Below, piece after piece: positions 52,617-62,152 of a DNA stretch of 64,000 nucleotides. Position numbers and translations under genes: made by a program. Positions within the stretch are counted from its first letter, which is position 1. The number at the start of each line of letters is the position of its first letter. Source of the DNA: Vicinamibacteria bacterium (GTDB taxonomy: Bacteria; Acidobacteriota; Vicinamibacteria; Vicinamibacterales; JAENWD01); contig CAVRDA010000014.1 in the NCBI GenBank assembly GCA_963719755.1, forward strand, positions 200,536-264,535, in the 5' to 3' direction. Under the pieces are notes generated by a model, which had not been told where the DNA came from, did no database searches, and saw only the letters and a list, made by a program, of their open reading frames with translations.

Positions 52617-54137
52617 ATGAAGGCTGTCTTCGTTCTCTTCGATTCGCTCAACCGGCACCTGCTCGCACCTTACGGGGGCGTCGGATTCCGACGCCGAATT
52701 TCGACCGGCTTGCCAGGCGAGCGGCGACTTTCGAACGCCACTACGTCGGCAGCCTCCCCTGCATACCGGCGCGCCGGGACATGCAGACGGGTCGCTTGAG
52801 TTTCCTGCATCGAAGTTGGGGGCCGCTTGAGCCGTTCGACAATTCCTTCCCCGAACTGCTGCACGCAGCGGGAGTCTACAGCCACCTGGTGACCGATCAC
52901 TTCCATTACTTCGAGGATGGCGGCGCGACCTACCACACGCCGCTACGATACCTATGAGTTCGTCCGCGGACAGGAGGGCGATCCCTGGAAGGCCATGGTA
53001 CAGCCGCCATGGGAGCGGCTCCGGGAGATGTACCACGAGCGGCAGCTCAGCCGGTCGACCCGCGACAAGTTTCGACGCAACATGGTGAACCGGGAGTTCA
53101 TCAAGGAGGAGAAGGATTTTCCATCGGTCGAGGTGCTTCGCTGGCGGGCTCGAGTTCCTCGACCAGCAACCGCGACGCCGACGGCTGGCTGCTGCAGATC
53201 GAGACTTTCGATCCGCACGAGCCCTTTACCGCGCCCGCGCGTTTCCGCGAGAAGTTCAAGACGGGCTGGAATGGGCCGATCCGGGACTGGCCCCGATACG
53301 GACGGGTCGACGAGATCCCGGAGGAGTGCGAGGAGCTTCGCGCGAACTACTACGCGCTCGTGTCGCTCTGCGACGATCTGCTGGGCCAGCTGCTCGATTA
53401 TTTTGACGCACATGATCTGTGGCGGGACACGGCGCTTATCGTGACGACCGACCACGGCTTCCTGCTCGGCGAGCATGATTTCTGGGCCAAGAACCGGATG
53501 AACCATGTACGAAGAAATCGTGCCATATCCCGCTGTTCGTCCATGACCCGCGTCGGCCGGCGGCCGGCCGGCATGCGCAGATCCGCGCTGACCCAGACCA
53601 TCGACCTTGCCCCGACATTCCTCGACCTATTTGGCGTCGCGGCCGCCGCCGAGATGGAGGGGCATTCGCTTCTGCCGCTGCTCGAGGCCGAGCGGCGCGC
53701 TGCGCCGCGGCAGCGCTGTTTGGCTATTTCGGCGGTGCCATCAACGTGACCGACGGACGCTACACTTACCACCGTTATCCGCCGAACCTGCGCTCCCAGG
53801 AGCTCTACCAATATACGTTGATGCCGACACACATCTGCGGAGCGGTTCACGCCCGGAAGAACTCGCTGGAGCGTCGCTGGCCACATGCTTTGCGTTCACG
53901 AAGGGGGTTCCGGTCCTGAAGGTGCCGGTGATCGAGCGCTCGCCGATGTTCGACAACTACGGTCCGGGAGCGCTGCTGGAAAGCGAGACGCGCCTCTACG
54001 ACCTGGCAGCCGACCCAGGCCAGGCATCACCGCTCGTGGCGCCGGACATCGAGCAAGCGATGGCCTCGCTCATGCGCGATCTGATGCGCGCCAATGACGC
54101 GCCGCCGGAAGCCTTCTCGCGCATCGGGCTCGCTTGA
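52617..54137 (+). pseudogene. sulfatase (formylglycine-dependent family; at least 6 frameshifts)
   Basis: 'KAVFVLFDSLNRH', 'SLPCIPARRDMQTGR' (CxPxR), 'LQIETFDPHEPF', 'LIVTTDHGFLLGEHDFWAKN' and 'TIDLAPTFLDLFG' are distributed over 5-6 ORF pieces. Confidence 0.75.
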
Positions 54138-54345
54138 CACGAAGCGCTGCCCTAGCGTTGCCGTACAAGGCGTCGCTTGGAAAGAAAACTTGATATGGTT
54201 TGCTGCCGGGCCATTGAGCTTGCGCACCGAGTGCGCCAACTGACGAAGCATATGCTTCAAATGAAGCCAGCGTGCTCCAAGCGGCGGCAGGAGATGTCAG
54301 ATATCGAACGTGAACCAGTCCTATCGCGGGTATTCTCTACCGCCG

Positions 54346-54400
54346 CTTGTGGCACTTCTGCGACCTACTGGGACCACGCACCAAGGCCCGGTGCTGAGCA
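54346..54400. repeat. second REP-like element 'gcttgtggcacttctg(c/g)gacct..' (related copy 41026-41080)
   Basis: Roughly 80 percent identity over ~55 nt by eye. Both copies sit at edges of gene fragments. Confidence 0.4.
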
Positions 54401-54563
54401 TCCCTTCGGTACGATGAAGGCGCGGATGGGTGCGACGCACTTCCTGACAAAGACTCTACCGAAGGTCGCCACCGAGATGGCCCTCTCCGTGCTCGCCTAC
54501 AATCTGACGCGGGTGATGAACATCGTCGGCGTCAAGCCGCTTATGGCGTCAATCGGAGCATAG
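54385..54563 (+). pseudogene. IS1182/IS5-like transposase C-terminal fragment
   Basis: 'EHPFGTMKARMGATHFLTKTLPKVATEMALSVLAYNLTRVMNIVG'. No N-terminal part is present. Confidence 0.6.
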
Positions 54564-54836
54564 TGGGCCTTGTCACGTCACTCCGTGGCCGACTGCACGG
54601 CCCCAGAGATGCCTCACAGCGGCTCTCAGTTGCCGAGGGCGTCCGTTCGCGTCGAAAAATCCCCAAACGCTGACAACCGCAACCACCTGGGCCTTGCTGC
54701 AGCGTTTCCACACGACCAAGACCCATAACGGTCATAGGACGCGATAGACTCAGGAACAGGGCGCCAATACAATCCTGTGTTCGCCTGGGTCATCAAGCAA
54801 CCGCACCATATTGCCGGAATATGGTCGGTCGTGGCT

Positions 54837-55730
54837 CTATTGTGCTGCGGAGGCCAGCGGGCGGCCGAGAGACGAAAGAGCGCTCTTCAACTCAGCCAGG
54901 TCGGACTCGGACAACGGCAGTGCCGGCTTGCGACAGATCCCGACATTGCCGCCCAACAGGTTGGTCGCGGCCTTGACCGACGAATTGTAGTCGTGTGTCC
55001 AGTAGAATATCTGCGCGGGAAGCAGCGACTTCCATACCATTGCCGCCGCGTTGAGGTCGCCCTTCGTGACCAGGTCATAGAGGCGGACCGCCTCCTTTGG
55101 CGTCGCGTTGACACCGCCCCAGATCAGCCCTGGGCAGCCTGCGACCAGGGCCGGGAAAGCGAGCGTGTCGCCGCCGTTCAGAACCTTGCCGCCGGTCGCG
55201 ATCAGTTGCTGGATGCGGGTGAAATCGCCGGTGCTGTCCTTGATGTACTGAATGTTGTCGATCTGGAGCAGACGGCTGAACAGGTCGGGCGTGATGTCGC
55301 GGTTCGTGTTCTGCGGGATGTTGTAGACGACGATGGGGGTCTTGATCGCGCGCGCGACGGTTTCGTAGTGCCACATCACGCCGTCCATGGTGGGACCTTC
55401 GAAATACGGCGGCAGGATCATGACCGCGTCCGCGCCGAGGCCTTCCGCGAACTTGGCATTCTCGATGGTATCGCGGGTGCTGACCGCGGAGGACTGCGCA
55501 ACGAACTTGGATCTTCCCTGAACGCGCTTTGCAATCAGTTGGTGGATTTGACGGCGTTCTGCTTCGCTGAGATAGGCGAACTCGCCGGTGCCGCCGCACG
55601 AGACAACCGCATGAACGCCAGCCTCGAGCAGCCGCTCGAGATGCGCCGATAGCGCCTTCTCGTCCACAGTGTCGCCGGTCTTGTCAAACGGCGTACAGGC
55701 CGGAACGCAGATCCCCTTCAGCTCAGACAT
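54837..55730 (-). CDS. DapA-family (dihydrodipicolinate-synthase-like) lyase/dehydratase
   Basis: 'SCGGTGEFAYLS', 'YNIP', 'IKDSTGD' (Schiff-base Lys). Confidence 0.8.
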   Translation of the reverse strand: MSELKGICVPACTPFDKTGDTVDEKALSAHLERLLEAGVHAVVSCGGTGEFAYLSEAERRQIHQLIAKRVQGRSKFVAQSSAVSTRDTIENAKFAEGLGADAVMILPPYFEGPTMDGVMWHYETVARAIKTPIVVYNIPQNTNRDITPDLFSRLLQIDNIQYIKDSTGDFTRIQQLIATGGKVLNGGDTLAFPALVAGCPGLIWGGVNATPKEAVRLYDLVTKGDLNAAAMVWKSLLPAQIFYWTHDYNSSVKAATNLLGGNVGICRKPALPLSESDLAELKSALSSLGRPLASAAQ

Positions 55731-55769
55731 GACATTGCTCCTTGATGGGCTCGGATTGGCCCGATATTT

Positions 55770-56759
55770 CTAGCCTCGCCGCAACGATACGACCTTCGGA
55801 TCGGATGCCGGATCGGCAGGATAGAGGCTGCGCGATGCCGGCGGCAACGTTGACTCCCAGGTGCGGAAATCGGCAATCATCCGCTGCTCTTCCAACAGCG
55901 GCAGCTCCGACATCGGCGGCAGTACGCGGCGCCAACTCGCAATGCTGGTGCTGTCGGCCACCAGCGACTTGACGGATGCAATGAATGGGCGGCGTGACAG
56001 CACCATGTCGGCGCCCAGGATCTGCTGGATGTGGCGGCGCCGCTCGAACAGGTTCGGCGCGTCGAACATCGCGCGCATCAGGCGCGGCATCACGTTGGCA
56101 AGGCCGCAGATCGTGCCGCGCCCGCCGTTGGCAAGCAGCTGCGGCACATGCATCTCGCTGCCGGTGAAGATCGAGAGGTGCGAAAACCGCCTCAGCAGCG
56201 CCTCGGTGAAATCCAGATCGCCGCCGCTATCCTTGATGCCGGCGATGATACCGGGATAGCGCTCGTCGAGCCGTCGGACGACGTTGGGTGTGACGGGCAC
56301 GCCGCAGATGTCGGGGAAGTGATAGAGATAAAGGCGCAGATCCGGCCGCGCGATCGCGTCGATCACCGATGCGTAGAAGCGGAAGGCGCCATCGTCGGTG
56401 ATGCCGCCGCGATAGACGCAGGGCGGCATGAGCAACAGGCTGTCCACCTTCTGGTCGATCGCGTGATGCGCCAGAGCGACGATGTCGGGAATCGACAGTG
56501 CGCCGACCGAAACGATGATCCGATCCGACGGGATACCCGCCGCGATCACCTGCTCCAAGGTCGCCGTCCGATCCGCCACCGAGAATTCGGCGCCTTCGCC
56601 GGTGGTGCCGAACAGGGTCACGCCGTCGCAACCGTCTTGCATCAGTTCGCGGCAGCGTTCCACTAGCAGAGCGACATCGGGGCGGAACGAGTTCGTGATG
56701 GGCGTGGCGACCGCCACGACCAGGCAATCGCGCGCAGGAAGACCACTCAAAGCCGGCAT
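55770..56759 (-). CDS. DapA-family lyase/dehydratase (second paralogue)
   Basis: 'LFGTTGEGAEFS', 'YHFP', 'IKDSGGD'. The start is taken at 'MPALSGL'. Confidence 0.75.
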   Translation of the reverse strand: MPALSGLPARDCLVVAVATPITNSFRPDVALLVERCRELMQDGCDGVTLFGTTGEGAEFSVADRTATLEQVIAAGIPSDRIIVSVGALSIPDIVALAHHAIDQKVDSLLLMPPCVYRGGITDDGAFRFYASVIDAIARPDLRLYLYHFPDICGVPVTPNVVRRLDERYPGIIAGIKDSGGDLDFTEALLRRFSHLSIFTGSEMHVPQLLANGGRGTICGLANVMPRLMRAMFDAPNLFERRRHIQQILGADMVLSRRPFIASVKSLVADSTSIASWRRVLPPMSELPLLEEQRMIADFRTWESTLPPASRSLYPADPASDPKVVSLRRG

Positions 56760-56851
56760 ACTCCCCTGTTGATCGACCGTCCCCCAGCGCCTGTCGGTGC
56801 TCTCTCTAGGAGCAACTTCCCGGCTGGGCCGCACGCTCGATCATGATCTGA

Positions 56852-56880
56852 GATTGTCGATTGTCAACAATTGACTTGAC
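56852..56880. promoter_or_regulatory. candidate GntR-type operator in divergent intergenic region
   Basis: 'gattgtc gattgtc aacaa ttgac ttgac'. The core inverted repeat is GTCAA-n3-TTGAC (56863-56875), flanked by direct half-site repeats. Confidence 0.3.
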
Positions 56881-56921
56881 GATGACCGGCTGCGATGGGA
56901 GCATTTCCGCAACAAGGGGAA

Positions 56922-57722
56922 ATGGTCGAAGCGACCATCGAAAATACCGCAAGCGCGGTGACAGGGCGGGAAACAGGGGTGAAATCAGCGCGATCCGTGA
57001 AGGTCGACCGACGGTCGCTCGATTGGCGGGCCGCCGATGTCCTGCGCGAACAGATCCTGAGCGGCAAGCTGGTGCCCGGCCAGCGCATCACCGAAACCGC
57101 CTTGGCATCACAGTTGGAAGTCAGCCGCGGCACATTGCGGGCCGCGCTGCGCGCCCTGGCGCATGAGGGGCTGATCCAGCAGGTCGCCTACACCAAGTGG
57201 ATGCTGCCGGAATTCTCCAACAGCGACGCGTGGGAACTCTATACGCTGCGTGGCACGCTGGAGGGGATGGCGGCGCGCCTGGCCGCCCAGCACCGCACCG
57301 AAAACTGCGTCCTGGCGTTGAAGGCCGCGTTCGAGCGCTTGGTTGCCGCGGTCGCGTCCAGGCGGCACGCCCGGGTGGCAGACGCCGACCTCGCGCTGCA
57401 TAAGACCATCGTGTCGATCACCGGCCATCAACGGCTGATCGACCAGTATCACCTGCTCGAGCAGCAGGTGCGGCACTACATCGTCTGCTCCAACGCCCTG
57501 ATCATGGACCTCAACCAGATCGTCTCGGAGCACGAGCCGATCGTGCAGGCCATCATCGCCGGCAATGCGGAAGCAGCCGAGACGCTGGCGCGCGAGCACA
57601 ATGCGCCCGAGGTCGAGCGCGCTGCCGCGGCCATGGCGCGGGAGCAGGCCGGGCACGCGGCGGAACCGCCGCCGGCAAAGCAGAAGGGAAGATCACCCGC
57701 GCGGCAATCCAAGGCCGCGTGA
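56922..57722 (+). CDS. GntR-family (FadR/FCD subfamily) transcriptional regulator
   Basis: 'ITETALASQLEVSRGTLRAALRALAHEGLI' is the HTH, followed by a helical FCD-like C-terminal domain. Confidence 0.8.
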   Translation: MVEATIENTASAVTGRETGVKSARSVKVDRRSLDWRAADVLREQILSGKLVPGQRITETALASQLEVSRGTLRAALRALAHEGLIQQVAYTKWMLPEFSNSDAWELYTLRGTLEGMAARLAAQHRTENCVLALKAAFERLVAAVASRRHARVADADLALHKTIVSITGHQRLIDQYHLLEQQVRHYIVCSNALIMDLNQIVSEHEPIVQAIIAGNAEAAETLAREHNAPEVERAAAAMAREQAGHAAEPPPAKQKGRSPARQSKAA

Positions 57723-57771
57723 CGGCAAAGTTCAAGAAAACGGCATAACAACTGCAACAAGGGAGGTTGGC

Positions 57772-58794
57772 ATGACATCCAGACTCATCGGCAAGGCGTT
57801 CAATCGCCGCGCGGTGCTGGCAGGAGGCGCGGCCGCGCTCTCCATGCCGTTCATCATCAAATCGAGCTATGCGGACGCCAAGCCGTTCCGCATCTCGCTG
57901 CCCGGTAACGAAGAGGAATGGCAGGCGAAGAACCTGCAGGCCTTCAAGGCCGCGCTCGACAAGAGCTCGCCGGGGCAGTTCGACGTGCAGATCCACTATA
58001 ACGGCACGCTGTTCGGCCAGGGCACCGAGATCGAAGCGATGCAGCGCGGAAACCTGGAAGTGGGCATGGTGTCGCCGCAGGACATCGCTGCCCTCATTCC
58101 CGAATACTCGGTGTTCACCACCGGCTACCTGATGCGCGATCCGGCGCATCTCGACGCCGTTTATGACGGCGACATCGGCGCCGAATACAAGGCAAAGATC
58201 GAGAAGGATGTCGGCATCACGCTGGTGAAGAGCCAGTATCTCGGCACGCGCCATGTCATCCTCCGCGAAGTGAAGGAGGTCGCCAAGCCGGCCGACCTGG
58301 CGGGCCTGAAGCTGCGCATGCCGGGCTCGGAAGCATGGCAGTTCCTCGGCAATGCGCTCGGCGCCAATGCGACGCCGTTGGCGTTCGAGGAAGTTTATCT
58401 GGCGATGCAGACCGGCACGATCGACGGGCTCGAGAACCCGCTGCCCGACGCGATGGCGGCCAAGTTCTACGAGGTCTCCAAGCAGATCGTGCTGACCTCG
58501 CACATGGTCGCCAACACCTTCTTCGCGGTGGCGAGCAAGTATTGGCATGACCTGAGCGAAGAACAGCGGGCAGCCATCACCGCCGCGGAAGTGGAAGGCA
58601 AGGCGGTCAATGATGCCGGCGTCGTCGCGACGGAAAAGGATGCGGTGGCGTTCATGGAGGGCAAGGGGCTGAAGGTCACGACGCCCGACGTCGCGGCGTT
58701 CCGCGATCAGGTGCTGGACAAGTTCGTCAATTCCGACTTCTCCAAGAACTGGCCGGCAGGCATGCTCGACCGCATCAAAGCGGCTGGTGCCTGA
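57772..58794 (+). CDS. dctP: TRAP transporter substrate-binding protein (DctP family)
   Basis: RBS 'gggagg'. Tat/Sec-like leader 'NRRAVLAGGAAALSMPFII'. 'LRMPGSEAWQFLGNALGANATPLAFEEVYLAMQTGTIDG'. Confidence 0.85.
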   Translation: MTSRLIGKAFNRRAVLAGGAAALSMPFIIKSSYADAKPFRISLPGNEEEWQAKNLQAFKAALDKSSPGQFDVQIHYNGTLFGQGTEIEAMQRGNLEVGMVSPQDIAALIPEYSVFTTGYLMRDPAHLDAVYDGDIGAEYKAKIEKDVGITLVKSQYLGTRHVILREVKEVAKPADLAGLKLRMPGSEAWQFLGNALGANATPLAFEEVYLAMQTGTIDGLENPLPDAMAAKFYEVSKQIVLTSHMVANTFFAVASKYWHDLSEEQRAAITAAEVEGKAVNDAGVVATEKDAVAFMEGKGLKVTTPDVAAFRDQVLDKFVNSDFSKNWPAGMLDRIKAAGA

Positions 58795-58808
58795 AGCGTG
58801 CACCGAGC

Positions 58809-59312
58809 TTGGCGCTCAAGGACATCACGGTGATGACAAACCTTGGCGCCAAGCTCAAGCGCGGCGCCGAACTGATCGCGGCGGCATCGTTCGCCCTCAT
58901 GTTCGGCGCCTTCATGATCCAGATCGTCAGCCGGTACATTTTCAATGCGCCGGTGTCCTGGTCGCTGGAGATCTGCTCCATCGGCTATGTCTGGATCGTG
59001 TTCTTCACCTCGAATGTGCTGCTGACCGAGCGCCAGCATATCGTGTTCGACGTGCTGTACCAGAAGTTCCCGCCGCGGCAGCGACGCGCCTTGGCGGTGA
59101 TGCTGACGGCGACGCTTGGAATCATCTTCCTGGCCGCGCTGCCGGTGATCCTCGAATATCTGTCCTTCCTCGGGCGGCGCAAGACCATGATCCTGCGCCT
59201 GCCGATGGACATCGTCTACTCCTGCTTCGGCATCTTCATGATCGCCGTGGTGATCGGCGCCGCGGTGCGTCTGAAGCGCCTGTTCGGTGCCGACTGGCAG
59301 CGACACCTCTGA
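58809..59312 (+). CDS. dctQ: TRAP transporter small permease (DctQ family)
   Basis: 4 TM segments, ~160 aa, located between dctP and dctM. Confidence 0.75.
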   Translation: MALKDITVMTNLGAKLKRGAELIAAASFALMFGAFMIQIVSRYIFNAPVSWSLEICSIGYVWIVFFTSNVLLTERQHIVFDVLYQKFPPRQRRALAVMLTATLGIIFLAALPVILEYLSFLGRRKTMILRLPMDIVYSCFGIFMIAVVIGAAVRLKRLFGADWQRHL

Positions 59313-59322
59313 AGGCCCGCTC

Positions 59323-60635
59323 ATGAGTTTCGCCGCGTATCTGATGTTCGGGCTGTTCTTCCTGTGGTCGTTCCTGGGCATGCCCATCGGGCACGCCATG
59401 CTGGCGGCCGCGTTCATCTACTTGTTCGTGACCGGTCAGGACATCGCGATCGCGGCGAGCCAGAGCCTGAACGGCCTGTTCTCGAGCTTCGTGCTGATGT
59501 CGGTGCCGCTGTTCATCCTGTCCGCCGACATCATGAACGCCAGCAAGATCACGGATCGGCTGTTCGAGTTTGCCAACCTGCTGGTCGGCCGCCTGCGCGG
59601 CGGGCTGGCGCACGTCAACATCGTCGCCAGCATGATCTTCTCCGGCATGAGCGGCAGTGCGCTGGCCGACGCGGCCGGTCCCGGCAAGCTCGAAGTCGAT
59701 ATGATGATCAAGGCCGGCTACAAGCCCGGCTTTGCCGGCGCGCTGAGCGCCACGTCGGCGATCATCGGGCCGATCATCCCGCCCTCAATTCCGATGGTGA
59801 TCTACGGCGTCGTCTCGAACACGTCGATCGGCTATCTGTTCATTGCCGGCGTCATTCCCGGACTGCTGCTGGGCTTCGCGCAGATGGGCGTCGTCGCCTC
59901 CATCGCCAAGCGCCGCAATTTTCCGATCGAGCCGCCGCCATCCCGGCGGCAAGCGGTCGAAACCGTCAAGACAGCGCTGCCTGCTTTGTTCCTTCCCGTC
60001 ATCATGCTGGGCGGAATCTACAGCGGCGCAGTGACGCCGACCGAGGCGGCGGCGCTGTGCTGCCTTCTATGCGCTGCTGCTGGCGACCTTGTATTACCGC
60101 TCGCTGAACGTCCGAGGCTTCATCCAGGTGCTGGTCGATTCGCGCGCGATCTACTGCCGTGGTCGCCATCACCATCGCGGGCGCGTTGGTGATGAACTGG
60201 GTGGTCGCGGCGGAGCAGATTCCCGCGGCGATGGGCGCCTGGATGATCTCGCTCGACATGTCGCCGGCGATGTTCCTGCTCGCGGTGAACCTGCTGTTCC
60301 TGGTGCTCGGGGCGTTCCTGGACACCATGCTCATGCTGCTGATCATCGTGCCGATGCTGATGCCGACCGTGCATGCGCTGGGCATCGATCCGGTGCATTT
60401 CGGCGTCACCGCGATCGTCAACATGATGATCGGCCTGGTGACGCCGCCGATGGGAGAGCTGGTGTTCCTGATCGCCGGAGTGTCCGGCGTCTCGGTCACT
60501 GCGATTACCAGGGAGCTGTGGATTTTCCTCGTCGTGCTGATCGCGTTGTTGTTCGTTCTTGTCTATGTCCCTGAATTGACCCTGTGGCTGCCGGAACAGA
60601 TGGGCTATCAGCCCGTCGCCGGGCCCGCGACCTAG
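59323..60635 (+). pseudogene. dctM: TRAP transporter large permease (DctM family; 2 frameshifts ~60050 and ~60155)
   Basis: 'LFSSFVLMSVPLFILSADIMN', 'SGMSGSALADAA'. The frames change 1 to 2 to 0 (ORFs 59287.., 60089.., 60159..60635). Confidence 0.8.
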
Positions 60636-60644
60636 GAGATTTCG

Positions 60645-62114
60645 ATGCCTGCCATGAAGGATATGGTGAACGGCGTTCCGCGCTATCGCCACTTCATCAA
60701 CGGCCAGTGGACCGACTCCACGGTCAAGGAATGGATCGAGGTCGAGAACCCGGCGACTGGTGCAGTGATCGCGACCGTGCCGAAGGGCAGCGCCGACGAT
60801 GCAGACCGCGCCTTGGTCGCCGCGGCTGCGGCACAGCCGGCCTGGGAGGCGTTGCCGCCGGTGGAGCGCGCCAAGCTGCTGATCGGCCTGTCGCGCCTCA
60901 TCCTCGAGAACCGGGACAGGCTGGCGCGGCTGGTGGTGGCCGAGCAGGGCAAGCCGCTGACCGAGGCGCGCGGCGAGATCGAAGGCACCGCGCTGTACTT
61001 GACCTATGCCGCGGAGGAAGCGCGGCGCATCACCGGCGACATCATCCCGTCCGACAATGCCGACGAGCAGGTGTGGATCCAGCGCGTCGCCCATGGGGTG
61101 GTCGTCGGGCTCACGGCCTGGAACTACCCGGCGGCGTTGACCACGCGCAAGATGGGCCCGGCGCTGCTGGCCGGCAACACCATCGTCATCAAGTCGCACG
61201 AAGGGACGCCGCTGTCCGCGTTCGAGATCGCGCAGCTCTCCACCCAGCTGGATTTCCCGCCGGGCGTTATCAACGTGGTGAGCGGCACCGGCGAGGGACT
61301 GGGCGCCGCGCTGGTCAAGCATCCGATCCCGCGCCTCATCACGCTGACCGGCAGCGTGCGGGCCGGCAAGGAGATCTTCCGGTCCGCCGCCGACGACCTC
61401 AAGATCCTGCGCCTGGAGCTCGGCGGCAAGGCACCGTTCATCGTGGCCGAGGATGCCGACATCGGCGCCGCGGTGAAGGCGGCGGTCTCCTCGCGCTTCG
61501 AGAACTGCGGCCAGATCTGCATTTGCAACGAGCGCATGTATTTGCACGAGCGGGTGGCGGACGAATTCACCGAGAAATTCGTGCGCGCGGTGAAGGCCCT
61601 GAAAGTCGGCGATCCGCTGACCATGGTCGATGTCGGCCCGAAGTTCAGCGGGCCGGAGCTGGACAAGGTCGAGCGCATGGTGAAGGCGGCGACCTCCGCC
61701 GGCGCCAAGATGCTGACCGGCGGCAACCGCCTGACCGAGGGTGAGTTCGCACGCGGCCACTGGTTCGAGCCGACCGTGCTGACGGCGGTGGACAACCGCA
61801 TGCCCATCATGCAGGACGAGGTGTTCGGACCGGTCATCCCGCTGATGACCGTGACGGACTTCGACGAAGGCCTGCGCCTGGCCAATGAATTGCGCTATGG
61901 CCTGTCGGCCTATGTCTTCACCAAGGACATGCGCCGCCTGATGCGGCTGGTCCGCGAGCTGAAGTTCGGCGAGATCTACGTCAACCGGCCGGGCGGCGAC
62001 GCCGTCCACGCGCACCACGCGGGACTGCGCCACAGCGGCATCGGCGGCGAGGACGGAAAGTATGGTCTGGATGCCTACTTCCAGAAGAAGACCATCTACG
62101 TGAACTTCGCGTGA
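60645..62114 (+). CDS. NAD(P)-dependent aldehyde dehydrogenase (possibly 2,5-dioxovalerate/semialdehyde dehydrogenase)
   Basis: 'ELGGKAPFIV', 'FENCGQICICNER' (catalytic Cys), 'EVFGPV'. Intact 489 aa. Confidence 0.85.
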   Translation: MPAMKDMVNGVPRYRHFINGQWTDSTVKEWIEVENPATGAVIATVPKGSADDADRALVAAAAAQPAWEALPPVERAKLLIGLSRLILENRDRLARLVVAEQGKPLTEARGEIEGTALYLTYAAEEARRITGDIIPSDNADEQVWIQRVAHGVVVGLTAWNYPAALTTRKMGPALLAGNTIVIKSHEGTPLSAFEIAQLSTQLDFPPGVINVVSGTGEGLGAALVKHPIPRLITLTGSVRAGKEIFRSAADDLKILRLELGGKAPFIVAEDADIGAAVKAAVSSRFENCGQICICNERMYLHERVADEFTEKFVRAVKALKVGDPLTMVDVGPKFSGPELDKVERMVKAATSAGAKMLTGGNRLTEGEFARGHWFEPTVLTAVDNRMPIMQDEVFGPVIPLMTVTDFDEGLRLANELRYGLSAYVFTKDMRRLMRLVRELKFGEIYVNRPGGDAVHAHHAGLRHSGIGGEDGKYGLDAYFQKKTIYVNFA

Positions 62115-62152
62115 TAGGCTGACGGACGGCGACCCCACGCCAGGAGGACGCA

